From the NCBI GenBank assembly GCA_963702475.1, contig CAVPCT010000002.1, positions 288,001-352,000 on the forward strand: 64,000 nt of DNA. The letters are read 5' to 3'. This DNA is from an uncultured Thermoleophilia bacterium (lineage in GTDB: Bacteria > Actinomycetota > Thermoleophilia > UBA2241). The position numbers were made by a program, and so were the translations under genes. Within the stretch, counting starts at the first letter, position 1; each line of letters starts with the position of its first letter. Below, piece after piece: positions 18,928 through 28,065 of the stretch. The notes beneath the pieces were generated by a model that had not been told where the DNA came from, ran no database searches, and was given only the letters and a program-made list of their open reading frames with translations.

Positions 18928-20001
18928 CTGGATCGAGCGACGCTGCACGTCGACCTGAAGAAGGTCGTGCACAACGCGCGCTGCGTCACGGACGCGCTCG
19001 GCGCACTTGCGGTCGTCGGCGTCACCAAGGTGACCTGCGGCACCCCTGAGGTAGGGGAGGCGCTACTGGCCGGCGGCGCCGTCGCACTGGGAGAGTCACG
19101 TCTGGAGAACGCCCAGCGCCTGCGCGACGCCGGCCTCACCGCGCCCATCTGGTTGCTGCGGGCGCCGACTCCCGAGCTCGCCGACGACGCCGTCCGTCTC
19201 TGCGACGTCTCGCTGCAGAGCGAGGTCGAGACGGCCGTCGCTCTCGACCGGGCCGGTGGGCGGCAGAGCCGCCGGCACGGGGTGATCGCCATGGTCGAGC
19301 TCGGCGATCTGCGCGAGGGCATGATGCCGGCCGACCTCCCGGGGTTCGTCGACGCCGTCGAGCGGCTCGAGCACGTCGATCTGGCAGGCATCGGTGTGAA
19401 CCTCACCTGCTACGGCGCCGTCCGCCCGAGCACGGAGAACCTCGGGCGTCTCGCCGCCCTGGCGGCGGGCGTGGAGCGGCGGATCGGCCGCCCGCTGCGC
19501 TTCGTCTCGGGCGGCAACTCCGGCTCCATCCCGCTCGCGCTCGGCGGTGGAGTGCCGTCCGTCGTCAACACGCTGCGCATCGGCGAGAGCATCCTGCTCG
19601 GTGTCGACACGCTCACGCGCGAGCCGCTTCCGCTCGGCTTGCACCTCGACGCGTTCGTCGTGGAAGCGCCGGTCGTCGAGTGCCTGGTCAAGCCGTCGCT
19701 GCCCGAAGGCGAGACGGCACAGGACGCGTTCGGCCTCGCGCCGGTGTTCGAGGACCGCGGCCTGCGGTGGCGCGCCATCTGCGCCCTCGGGCGCCAGGAC
19801 GCGCCGCCCGAGGGCCTGCGGCCCGTCGACCCGCGCGTCCTGGTCCTGGGCGCCTCCAGCGACCACCTGATCCTGGACGTGCACGACGTCGAGCCCCCGC
19901 CGGCCCTGGGCGACCCCATCGCCTTCGTGCCGACCTACGCAGCCGCGCTGCAGCTCTTCACGTCCCCCTATATCCGCAAAGTGTTCACTCCGCCGGCCTG
20001 A
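18928..20001 (+). CDS. orr: Ornithine racemase (alanine racemase fold)
   Basis: GVTKVTCG (PLP Lys), ESRLEN, MVELGDLREG, NLTCYG, SGGNS, QDAFG, GASSDHLILD; probable CTG start at 18928 (TTG 18898 alternative). Confidence 0.85.
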   Translation: MDRATLHVDLKKVVHNARCVTDALGALAVVGVTKVTCGTPEVGEALLAGGAVALGESRLENAQRLRDAGLTAPIWLLRAPTPELADDAVRLCDVSLQSEVETAVALDRAGGRQSRRHGVIAMVELGDLREGMMPADLPGFVDAVERLEHVDLAGIGVNLTCYGAVRPSTENLGRLAALAAGVERRIGRPLRFVSGGNSGSIPLALGGGVPSVVNTLRIGESILLGVDTLTREPLPLGLHLDAFVVEAPVVECLVKPSLPEGETAQDAFGLAPVFEDRGLRWRAICALGRQDAPPEGLRPVDPRVLVLGASSDHLILDVHDVEPPPALGDPIAFVPTYAAALQLFTSPYIRKVFTPPA

Positions 20002-20046
20002 CACAGGGATCGTGGCGCGGAGGGACCTCGAATCACAGGAGTGAGC

Positions 20047-21369
20047 ATGGCCAGAAAGACGCGAGTCCTCATCATGGGAGCCGCGGGGCGCGACTTCCAC
20101 AACTTCAACACCTTCTTTCGCGACAACGAGCTCTACGAGGTGGTGGCCTTCACGGCCACGCAGATCCCCTACATCGACGAGCGCAAGTACCCGGCGGAAC
20201 TGGCCGGCGCGCTGTACCCCGCCGGTATCCCGATCCACGACGAGTCCGAGCTCGAGGACCTCGTGCGTGAGCTCGACGTCGACCAGGTCGTGTTCGCCTA
20301 CAGCGACGTGCCCTATGAGTACGTGATGCACCGCTCCGCGCGCGTCAACGCGCTGGGCGCCGATTTCCGCCTCATGGGCCCCGAGCACACCATGGTCAAG
20401 AGCACCAAGCCGGTGATCGCCGTCTGCGCCGTGCGCACCGGCGCCGGCAAGAGCCAGACCACGCGCAAGATCCAGACCATGCTGCGCGAGGCGGGCAAGA
20501 AGGTCGTCTCCATCCGCCACCCCATGCCGTACGGCGACCTGGTGGCGCAGCGCGTGCAGCGGTACGCGACGCTCGACGACCTCAAGAAGTACGACTGCAC
20601 CATCGAGGAGATGGAGGAGTACGAGCCGCACGTGGTGGCGGGCAACGTCATCTACGCCGGCGTGGACTATGAGGCCATCGTGCGCGAGGCCGAGAAGGAA
20701 GCGGACGTCATCCTCTGGGACGGCGGCAACAACGACTACAGCTTCTACAAGGCCGACCTGTACATCACGGTCGCCGACCCGCACCGCCCCGGCGACGGGC
20801 TCAGGTACTACCCCGGCGAGGTCAACCTGCGGCTCGCCGACGTCGTGGTGGTCAACAAGATCGACACCGCCGACAGGGCCGGCATCGACGCCGAGATGGC
20901 GGCCGTGCGCTCGGTCAACGACAGGGCGCAGCTCATCATGGCGGCCTCGCCGGTCACCGTGGACAGGCCCGGCGAGGTGCGCGGCAAGCGCGTGCTGGTG
21001 GTCGAAGACGGACCCACGCTCACTCACGGGGAGATGAAGTACGGCGCCGGCAGCGTGGCCGCCAGGCAGCTCGGCGCCGCCGAGTTCATCGACCCGCGTC
21101 CGTTCGCCGTGGGAGAGATCAAGGCGACGTTCGAGAAGTACCCCAACGTCGGTGTGCTGCTGCCGGCCATGGGCTACTCCGACCAGCAGCTCAAGGACCT
21201 GGAGACGACCATCAACGCTTCCGGTGCCGACCTGGTCGTCATCGGCACCCCGATGGATCTGCGGCGCATCATCGACGTGAAACTGCCGGCGGTGCAGGTC
21301 AGGTACGACCTGCAGGAGATCGGCAGCCCCACGCTCGCCGACGTGCTGAGCGAGCGCGGCTTCATCTGA
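20047..21369 (+). CDS. arcE: Arginine synthetase (cDPG-synthetase-like P-loop protein)
   Basis: RVLIMGAAGRDFHNFN, VAFTATQIP, AVRTGAGKSQT, IRHPMPYGDL, WDGGNND, VEDGPTLTHG; followed by ornithine carbamoyltransferase. Confidence 0.8.
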   Translation: MARKTRVLIMGAAGRDFHNFNTFFRDNELYEVVAFTATQIPYIDERKYPAELAGALYPAGIPIHDESELEDLVRELDVDQVVFAYSDVPYEYVMHRSARVNALGADFRLMGPEHTMVKSTKPVIAVCAVRTGAGKSQTTRKIQTMLREAGKKVVSIRHPMPYGDLVAQRVQRYATLDDLKKYDCTIEEMEEYEPHVVAGNVIYAGVDYEAIVREAEKEADVILWDGGNNDYSFYKADLYITVADPHRPGDGLRYYPGEVNLRLADVVVVNKIDTADRAGIDAEMAAVRSVNDRAQLIMAASPVTVDRPGEVRGKRVLVVEDGPTLTHGEMKYGAGSVAARQLGAAEFIDPRPFAVGEIKATFEKYPNVGVLLPAMGYSDQQLKDLETTINASGADLVVIGTPMDLRRIIDVKLPAVQVRYDLQEIGSPTLADVLSERGFI

Positions 21370-21475
21370 TAGCCTGCGTGTGATCCGACGGCGGCCGGGG
21401 CGCCCCGCGCGCTCCGGCCGCCGTCGCGCCGCACGGCGGCGGCGCGACAGAGCCAGAACACGCGAAGGGGGTACC

Positions 21476-22438
21476 ATGCCCGAGAAGGCCAAGCGTCACC
21501 TCTCCGAGCTCGATCTCACCGGCCGCAGCTTCCTCACCATCCACGACTTCAAGCCCGCCGAGATCGTCACCCTGCTCGACCTCGCCGCCGAGCTCAAGGA
21601 CGTACGGAAGCGCCTCATCCCGCACCCGTTCCTCGAGGGCCGTGCCGTGGCCATGATCTTCATGAAGACGAGCACGCGCACGCGCATGAGCTTCGAGGTG
21701 GGCATCGAGCAGCTCGGGGCGCAACCCATCTTCCTCAACGCCAACGACATCCAGCTGCGCGTGGGGGAGACCATCAAGGACACCGCCAACGTGATGAGCC
21801 GCTACGTGGACTGCATCATGATCCGTACGTTCGCGCAGCAGGACGTCGAAGACCTGGCGGAGTACGGCCAGATCCCGGTCATCAACGGTCTCACCGACAC
21901 GCACCACCCGTGCCAGGGCATGGCCGACGCTCTGACCGTCCGCGAGCACTGCGGACGCCTCGAGGGCGTCAAGCTGGTGTACGTCGGTGACGGCAACAAC
22001 GTCACGCACTCGCTCATGGAGGTCGGCGCCAAGACGGGGATGCACGTGGTGGCCTGCACGCCGCAGGACTACCGGCCCGACGCGGAGATCGTGGCACGCG
22101 CTCAGGCCGACGCGGCCGACACCGGCGCGACCGTCGCGCTCACCGACGACCTGCGCGCGGCGGTGCAGGGGGCCGACGTCATCTACACCGACACCTTCAC
22201 GAGCATGGGCCAGGAGGCCGAGCACGACGTGCGCTTGACCGCGCTCAAGGACTACCAGGTGAACATGGACCTGGTGCGCCTCGCGGGACCCCAGGTCAAA
22301 GTCATGCACTGCCTGCCGGCGCACTGGGGCGAGGAGATCACCGAAGAGGTGTTGTACTCACCTCACTCGGTGGTGTTCGACCAGGCGGAGAACCGGCTGC
22401 ACGCGCAGAAGGCCATCATGGCGGCCGTGATCGCCTGA
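21476..22438 (+). CDS. argF: Ornithine carbamoyltransferase (probably catabolic, ArcB role)
   Basis: STRT, HPCQ, GDGNNV, SMG, HCLP, QAENR motifs. Confidence 0.93.
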   Translation: MPEKAKRHLSELDLTGRSFLTIHDFKPAEIVTLLDLAAELKDVRKRLIPHPFLEGRAVAMIFMKTSTRTRMSFEVGIEQLGAQPIFLNANDIQLRVGETIKDTANVMSRYVDCIMIRTFAQQDVEDLAEYGQIPVINGLTDTHHPCQGMADALTVREHCGRLEGVKLVYVGDGNNVTHSLMEVGAKTGMHVVACTPQDYRPDAEIVARAQADAADTGATVALTDDLRAAVQGADVIYTDTFTSMGQEAEHDVRLTALKDYQVNMDLVRLAGPQVKVMHCLPAHWGEEITEEVLYSPHSVVFDQAENRLHAQKAIMAAVIA

Positions 22439-22475
22439 CGGAGGACGGCGCGCAGGCTGCGGCCGCGAGGCGAGG

Positions 22476-22513
22476 CGAGGGGCGGGCCGTCCACACTCGA
22501 GGCCCGCCCCTCG
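22476..22513. terminator. Hairpin between convergent genes
   Basis: cgaggggcgggcc / ggcccgcccctcg 13-bp stem. Confidence 0.55.
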
Positions 22514-22518
22514 GCGTC

Positions 22519-24036
22519 TCACTTCCAGGTCACGAACCAGGTGAGGCGCCGGTACAGCTCGAACGCGACGGGGTGGCCGAGCAGGAACGGAAGCCAGGCC
22601 AGACCCAGGCCTGCGACCGCGCCGACGTACGCCCAGGCAGCCGCGGCGCGGGCCGGAGCGCCTGCGGCGCCGGCCGCGCCCGACCTTCGGGCGCGCAGGC
22701 ACCACGCGGCCACCGCTGCCGTGCATGCGGCGCCGGCGACGAGAGCCGCGAGGCGCAACCAGCCGGCGCCGCCGGACCAGGCCACACCCTCGCCGAGGCC
22801 GGCCAGGCCGAACGCGGCGGCCGTCAGAAGGGCGCCGGCGCCGAACCCCAGGGCCTGCGGCGGGCACGGCGCCTGGCGTGGCGCCAGCCGTGAAAGCGCC
22901 GTGGCTACGAGGACGGCCAGGAACGGCACGACCGGCGTCATGTAGTAGATGTACGCCTGTCTCGTGGTGAAGAGCCAAGGCAGGTACAGCACCGCGACCA
23001 GCAGCGGGGTGAGCCCGAGGCGCAGGTCGCGCCGCGTCACGGCCTGTACGCCGAGGATGACGAACGCCACGGCGGCGGGCCACCACAGCAGCGGGTTGCC
23101 GATCAGCATGAGGCCGGTCGTGCCGCGGTCGCCGGCCGCGAACTTCAGCCAGATGGGATGGACGTCGGCCGGCCACGTGACTGGCCGCGAGGCGAAGCTC
23201 ACGGTGCCGCGCACGGCCCAGTTGAAGCCGAGCATGTACCTCTGAAGGTGCAGGAAGTCGCCAATGGAGTGGCCTGAGGCGAAGTAGCCGGCGTAGGAGG
23301 CCACGTAGACCGCTGCCGACAGGCCCACGAGGACGCCGGCGGCGGCCGCGAAGCGTCGCAGCCCCAGCCTGCGACCGGCGAGGGCGAACAGCAGCAGGGC
23401 GGCCACCACGGCCAGGGCGCCGGACCACTTGCTCCCGACGGCGACGCCGCCCGCGAGGCCGCAGAGGACGGTCCACAGCCACAGGCGCTCGCCGGGCGTC
23501 GTCGCGCGCAGCGCGCAGTAGACGCACGCCGCCGTACCGAGAGCCACGTAGATGTCGAGGACGGCCAGACGTGACTCGACCACCAGCATCGTGTCGGCGG
23601 CCGCCAGCACCGTGGCCGCCAGCGCCCACACGGGCGGCAGCCGCAGGCGTCGCGCCAGGGGGTACACCAGCGCGACGAGCAGCGTGCCGGCGAGCGCCGC
23701 CGGCAGGCGCCAGCCCCACGGGCCGTCGCCGAAGACGGCGATGCTGCCGGCTGTGAGCAGCGTGACCAGCCCGGGGTGCGCGAGCGAGCGCGCGGCGCCC
23801 GGCCGCCACGACTCGGCGCCGCGCGGGCCCAGATCGCCCCGGAGAAGCGCCGCCGCGTCGTGCGCGTAGTAGTACTCGTCGAACACGTGCTGCGGGAACG
23901 TGTCCAGGGCCGCGAAGCGCACCACGGCCGAGACGGCGACGGTGAGGGCGACGAGCGTGAGGATGAGACGCCGGCGGCGTAACGCCCCGGCGTGGGCGGA
24001 CCGTGTGGTCGGGTCGCCGTGCCCGGCGGCCGGCAC
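22519..24036 (-). CDS. GT39 (PMT-family) protein O-mannosyltransferase, paralog 2
   Basis: VFDEYYY, HP motif, GWRLP, SRLAVLD, KWSG, GNPLLWW, YLPW, YYMTP; probable GTG start at 24036. Confidence 0.8.
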   Translation of the reverse strand: MPAAGHGDPTTRSAHAGALRRRRLILTLVALTVAVSAVVRFAALDTFPQHVFDEYYYAHDAAALLRGDLGPRGAESWRPGAARSLAHPGLVTLLTAGSIAVFGDGPWGWRLPAALAGTLLVALVYPLARRLRLPPVWALAATVLAAADTMLVVESRLAVLDIYVALGTAACVYCALRATTPGERLWLWTVLCGLAGGVAVGSKWSGALAVVAALLLFALAGRRLGLRRFAAAAGVLVGLSAAVYVASYAGYFASGHSIGDFLHLQRYMLGFNWAVRGTVSFASRPVTWPADVHPIWLKFAAGDRGTTGLMLIGNPLLWWPAAVAFVILGVQAVTRRDLRLGLTPLLVAVLYLPWLFTTRQAYIYYMTPVVPFLAVLVATALSRLAPRQAPCPPQALGFGAGALLTAAAFGLAGLGEGVAWSGGAGWLRLAALVAGAACTAAVAAWCLRARRSGAAGAAGAPARAAAAWAYVGAVAGLGLAWLPFLLGHPVAFELYRRLTWFVTWK

Positions 24037-24038
24037 TA

Positions 24039-25622
24039 TCAGATCCAGCTGCGGAACCACATGATGTGGTGGAAGTGGTCGACGCTGATGGGGATGTTGA
24101 GCACGATGGGGAGGAAGGCCACGCAGATGCCCATGGTGGCCCCCGCGACGACCATGGCCAGCGTCGGCCGCCACGCGCGCAGTTGCGGCAGGGAGAGCGC
24201 GATCACAAGAAGCAGGGCGATGAAGACGCCGACGCCCACGTTCACCCACGCCAGCGTCAGGCTCACGCGACTCGGCAGGCTCCAGAAGAACCACTCGGCG
24301 GCGCGGCCGGCGTAGTCCCAGAGCAGAGCGGTGGCGACGCCCGAAGCAGCCAGCGCCAGTACGCCGCGGCGGGGCAGTGCGACCTTGCCCGCATACAGCA
24401 GGAGCAGGCCGGCGACCAGGATGGCCATGAACGGGGCCACCGGCGTCATGTAGTAGAGGAACGACGTGCGCGACGCCGCGAACCACGGGAAGTACAGCAG
24501 TGCCACGATGATCGCCGCCGGCAGGAGGAGGGTGGAGCGGCGGAGCACGGCGAGGACCGCGGCGACGACCAGGCCCAGTGTGGCGAGCCACCACAGAAAC
24601 GGGTTTCCGATGGCGACCACGCCCTCGTAGATGTGGCCGCCCTTGAAGTAGTACCAGACGGGGCGGTAGTCGATGATCCACGTGTACGAGGGCGAGGCGT
24701 ACGTGTGCTCCGTCTTGAGGTGCGTGTTGAAGTACACCGCCTGGCGCTGCAGTTCGACGAACTGGCTCCACGTGTGGCCGCTGGCGAAGTACTGCGTGTA
24801 GCTCACCAACCAGACGAACGCCGGCACAAGCACCAGTATGCCGGCGGCGATGAGGGCGGAGGGGAGCGCTCTGATCAGGCTCCGCCCGAGTGAGGACGTC
24901 GTGTACGTGACGGCCGGTGCGGCCCCGTTCCCGCCACCGGCCTCCTCCGCGCCGCTCGCCCGACGCGCCGCCCGGTAGTCGCGGGCCCAGACGAGCACCA
25001 GGATGACGCCCACCACCACCAGGGCCAGGCCGCCCGACCACTTCGTGCCGACGGCCATGCCTCCGGCCAGCGCGCTGAGGACCAGCATCCAGCGTCTGCG
25101 CCCGTCTTGGACGTACCTGAGGCCGAGGTAGATGCACAGCACCGTCCACATCGCCACGAACACGTCGAGCGTGGCGATGCGCGACTGGGCGATGCCTAAC
25201 GGATCGGCCGCGGCCAGACCCAGGGCGATCAGCGCCCAAGGAGGCGGCAGGCCGAGGCGCCGCGCCAGCGGGTACACGAGCGCCAGCATCGCCATGCCGG
25301 CGATGACGGCAGGGATGCGCCAGCCGAACGACCGGTCGCCGAAGATCAGGATGCCCACGGCGATCGCGAACTTCCCCATCTCGGGGTGTGGCCAGGACAC
25401 CTCGTCGCCGGCCTCCCACGGCAGCGGGCCGTCGGTGCCCACGCGGCCGTCCACGATCGCCTTTGCGTCCTTGGCGTAGTAGACCTCATCGAACATGAAC
25501 TCCGCCGGGTCGGCCAGCTGGTACAGGCGGAGCGCCGCCGACACCAGCAGGATGACGGCGACGATAAAGACAATCCGCTGTCTGCGGGCGGGGTCCTGTA
25601 TGCGGATCGGCGGTTCGAACAC
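24039..25622 (-). CDS. GT39 (PMT-family) protein O-mannosyltransferase, paralog 1
   Basis: FDEVYY, HPEMGK, FGWR, SRIATLD, KWSG, HTYAS, GNPFLWW, YYMTP; GTG 25622 follows GGAGGAG with TATAAT at 25659-25664 (ATG 25676 alternative). Confidence 0.88.
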   Translation of the reverse strand: MFEPPIRIQDPARRQRIVFIVAVILLVSAALRLYQLADPAEFMFDEVYYAKDAKAIVDGRVGTDGPLPWEAGDEVSWPHPEMGKFAIAVGILIFGDRSFGWRIPAVIAGMAMLALVYPLARRLGLPPPWALIALGLAAADPLGIAQSRIATLDVFVAMWTVLCIYLGLRYVQDGRRRWMLVLSALAGGMAVGTKWSGGLALVVVGVILVLVWARDYRAARRASGAEEAGGGNGAAPAVTYTTSSLGRSLIRALPSALIAAGILVLVPAFVWLVSYTQYFASGHTWSQFVELQRQAVYFNTHLKTEHTYASPSYTWIIDYRPVWYYFKGGHIYEGVVAIGNPFLWWLATLGLVVAAVLAVLRRSTLLLPAAIIVALLYFPWFAASRTSFLYYMTPVAPFMAILVAGLLLLYAGKVALPRRGVLALAASGVATALLWDYAGRAAEWFFWSLPSRVSLTLAWVNVGVGVFIALLLVIALSLPQLRAWRPTLAMVVAGATMGICVAFLPIVLNIPISVDHFHHIMWFRSWI

Positions 25623-25806
25623 GTGCGGTGCGGTCTCCTCCGGGCTCGGGTCCGGCCCATTATAGGGGGCGCGCATTGTGGGCGCACGGCCGTCGTGATA
25701 GAACTCTCAAGGTTTGCCTCCGGCGCTCGCCGTCGGAGGAAGGGGGCGGGCTTTTCCTGCGCGCGCCGCGGCGCGCCATGTCGTATGAGAGTGGAGGACA
25801 GGCTAC

Positions 25807-26451
25807 ATGGCAGACGAGAAGACGAAGACCGTCCCGGGGACCGAGTTCGGCCCGATGGGGGAGCGCGGGGTCATCATGGCCACGCTCCGCGACGCCTCGG
25901 CCAACCCCGGTCCCCTCGGGCTCATGGCATTCGGTATGACCACCGTCCTGCTCAACATCCACAACGCCGGCGCCTACGAGATGAACACCATGATCCTCGC
26001 CATGGGCATCTTCTACGGCGGCATCGCGCAGGTCATCGCCGGCATCATGGAGTGGAAGAAGAACAGCACCTTCGGCATGACAGCCTTCCTCAGCTACGGC
26101 CTCTTCTGGCTCACGCTGGTCGGCCTCATCGTGTTCCCCAAGTGGATGGGCGTCGACGGCCCCGACGACGTGGCCATGGGCTGGTACCTCATGGCGTGGG
26201 GCATCTTCACCGGTCTGATGTTCATCGGTACGCTGCGCATCAACCGTTCGCTGCAGGTGGTGTTCGCCAGCCTCACCATCCTGTTCGTCCTGCTCGCCAT
26301 CGGCGACTGGACGGGCAACGCCACCATCACCAAGATCGCCGGCTGGGAGGGTATCTTCGTCGGCCTGAGCGCGGTCTACGGTTCCATCGCCCAGATATGG
26401 AACGAGCTCTACGGCAGAGTCGTGCTCCCCATCGGGCCGTACAAGAAGTGA
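25807..26451 (+). CDS. satP: Acetate/succinate permease (GPR1/FUN34/YaaH family)
   Basis: [37 protein letters not shown]. Confidence 0.92.
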   Translation: MADEKTKTVPGTEFGPMGERGVIMATLRDASANPGPLGLMAFGMTTVLLNIHNAGAYEMNTMILAMGIFYGGIAQVIAGIMEWKKNSTFGMTAFLSYGLFWLTLVGLIVFPKWMGVDGPDDVAMGWYLMAWGIFTGLMFIGTLRINRSLQVVFASLTILFVLLAIGDWTGNATITKIAGWEGIFVGLSAVYGSIAQIWNELYGRVVLPIGPYKK

Positions 26452-26479
26452 CCAGCGCGTCTCGCGCATGAAGTCCTGA

Positions 26480-26522
26480 CGACAGGGGCGGGGCGGCCGG
26501 AAGGGCCGCCCCGCCCCTGTCG
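26480..26522. terminator. Bidirectional hairpin terminator
   Basis: Perfect 19-bp stem cgacaggggcggggcggcc / ggccgccccgcccctgtcg between convergent genes. Confidence 0.75.
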
Positions 26523-26596
26523 CGTACGTGTGGGAGGTCTCGTGGTGTGCGCGTCGGTGAAGGCGCGGGCCGCCTGCGGCGCCGCGCCCGTCGCCG

Positions 26597-27760
26597 TCAC
26601 CACCGCACCGCGTCCACATCGCTCTTGACCCAGCGCACGTCTGCCAGGGTGACGATCATGGCCGGGTCGTAGAGAGGCGGCGGGTAGGTGGACACCTTCG
26701 GTCCGAAGTACTGGCGCCCGCCGCCCGTCGCCCACGGACCGAAGCCCGGCTCGTCTGTCATGTCGGCGCACAATCCCCCGACGAGCGCGGCCTTGCGCTT
26801 GACGAGGTGGAGGGTCACATTCGTCCCGGTGTTGTCGGCGGGGAGGGCATACACGCGTCGCGCCTCCTCGGGGTAGAGCGGGGGCGAGCCGCCCGGCGTG
26901 AACCAGCGCCCCACCGTGGACGTGTCGCACCAGTACCGATGCATGGTCGTCGGGCGGCCGAGGGTGAACACCTGCACCGGGGCGCCCGGGTCGAACGACC
27001 GCAGCGTGCTCACGGCCTGGTCCTGCGTCGATCCGCTGATGGCCACCGTCGCGGCGATGACCGCTGCATCCGAGGTCGTGCCTGAGGCGATCACGTGCGG
27101 GTCCGGCCAGACGTTCGGGTGTGCGATCACGGCATACTCGACCAGAGTCCCTCCGTCGACGTCCACCACCTGCCAGTCCGTGCTCAGCAGCAGGGCGTAG
27201 CGTCCCGGGCGGTTGACGGTCGCCGACGCCGTGGTGTTCACGGCGCCGACCACTGCCCGCTGCTGCAGCCGCATCCAGGCCGTGCCGTCGTGGCGGAAGA
27301 CCGGGAGGGTGGACTTCCTGAACAGTGCTTTGGGCAACGTGAACGTGAGCGTCACCGGCGAGCCGAAGCGCGAAGTCCTGCCGCCCCAGTCGCAGTCCGC
27401 CCCACGCAGGAACACGTTGCGGCGCGGCAACTCGCCCAGGGCTTCGGCCTGCGCCTCGGTCATGCTGTCCAGGTCAGGCGCCGAACGGCCTCGGAGGGCC
27501 CCCAGCTTGCCGGTGAGCAGCAAGCCGTGCTCCTGCGCGAGGACGACGGTCGGGAAGGCGCGCGGCGCGTCTGTGCTCAGTACCGGCGCTGCGGGAGCGG
27601 ACCCCGGGCCCTGCGGCGGCGCGGCGGCGAGGGCCGCCTGGGCTCCGCTGAGCATCGCCAGGGCGAGGAGCGCCCAGATGAGCAGGGCGAAGGCGAGCAG
27701 GGCCGTGCGCGGCGGTGCCTGCTCGCGGCCGTTTGCCCGGGCACTCACGACGCGGCGCAT
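26597..27760 (-). CDS. Secreted protein with C-terminal TNT/ART-like domain
   Basis: Signal peptide ending AQAALA; C-terminal HRYW...GRWFTP...ARRVYALP..N...GGGRQYF pattern. Confidence 0.6.
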   Translation of the reverse strand: MRRVVSARANGREQAPPRTALLAFALLIWALLALAMLSGAQAALAAAPPQGPGSAPAAPVLSTDAPRAFPTVVLAQEHGLLLTGKLGALRGRSAPDLDSMTEAQAEALGELPRRNVFLRGADCDWGGRTSRFGSPVTLTFTLPKALFRKSTLPVFRHDGTAWMRLQQRAVVGAVNTTASATVNRPGRYALLLSTDWQVVDVDGGTLVEYAVIAHPNVWPDPHVIASGTTSDAAVIAATVAISGSTQDQAVSTLRSFDPGAPVQVFTLGRPTTMHRYWCDTSTVGRWFTPGGSPPLYPEEARRVYALPADNTGTNVTLHLVKRKAALVGGLCADMTDEPGFGPWATGGGRQYFGPKVSTYPPPLYDPAMIVTLADVRWVKSDVDAVRW

Positions 27761-27856
27761 CGTCCCTTCACCACCGTCCTCCTCACCTGACTTCTTCTGT
27801 CCCGTGCTGCCCGCACCGCGCGTTACGGTGGGTGTTCAGGGTGGCCTCACCAACTC

Positions 27857-27884
27857 CTATCGGCCCCACCGCGACTCGCCTTGA
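27857..27884 (-). promoter_or_regulatory. Putative sigma28/WhiG-type promoter
   Basis: Minus strand TCAAG(27884-27880)-N15-GCCGATAG(27864-27857), about 95 bp before the ATG at 27760. Confidence 0.55.
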
Positions 27885-28065
27885 CCGGCCGCCTGCGTGC
27901 GGCCGTGGCGGTCCGGCTCGCAGGCGTCCTCGGCGAGCCGGTGCTCTTCGCGTCCGGCCGAGGGGACGATGGCCGGACTGCGCGGCTTGGCGGTGAGGCA
28001 GGTGTATCCTGTGCGCCGCAGCGAATCGGTCCGGCGGCGTCGGCCGCCCGTCAGCGGAGGAGAGC

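Noticed and set aside
20047-21369. Cyclic 2,3-diphosphoglycerate synthetase or generic GTPase
   Set aside because: The GAAGRDFHNFN N-terminus and position between ornithine racemase and OTC fit the ArcE branch; no 2-phosphoglycerate kinase is adjacent.
22519-25419. Single 966-aa protein
   Set aside because: Its first ~460 residues are an off-frame overlap of the upstream PMT gene; only the last ~505 aa are real.
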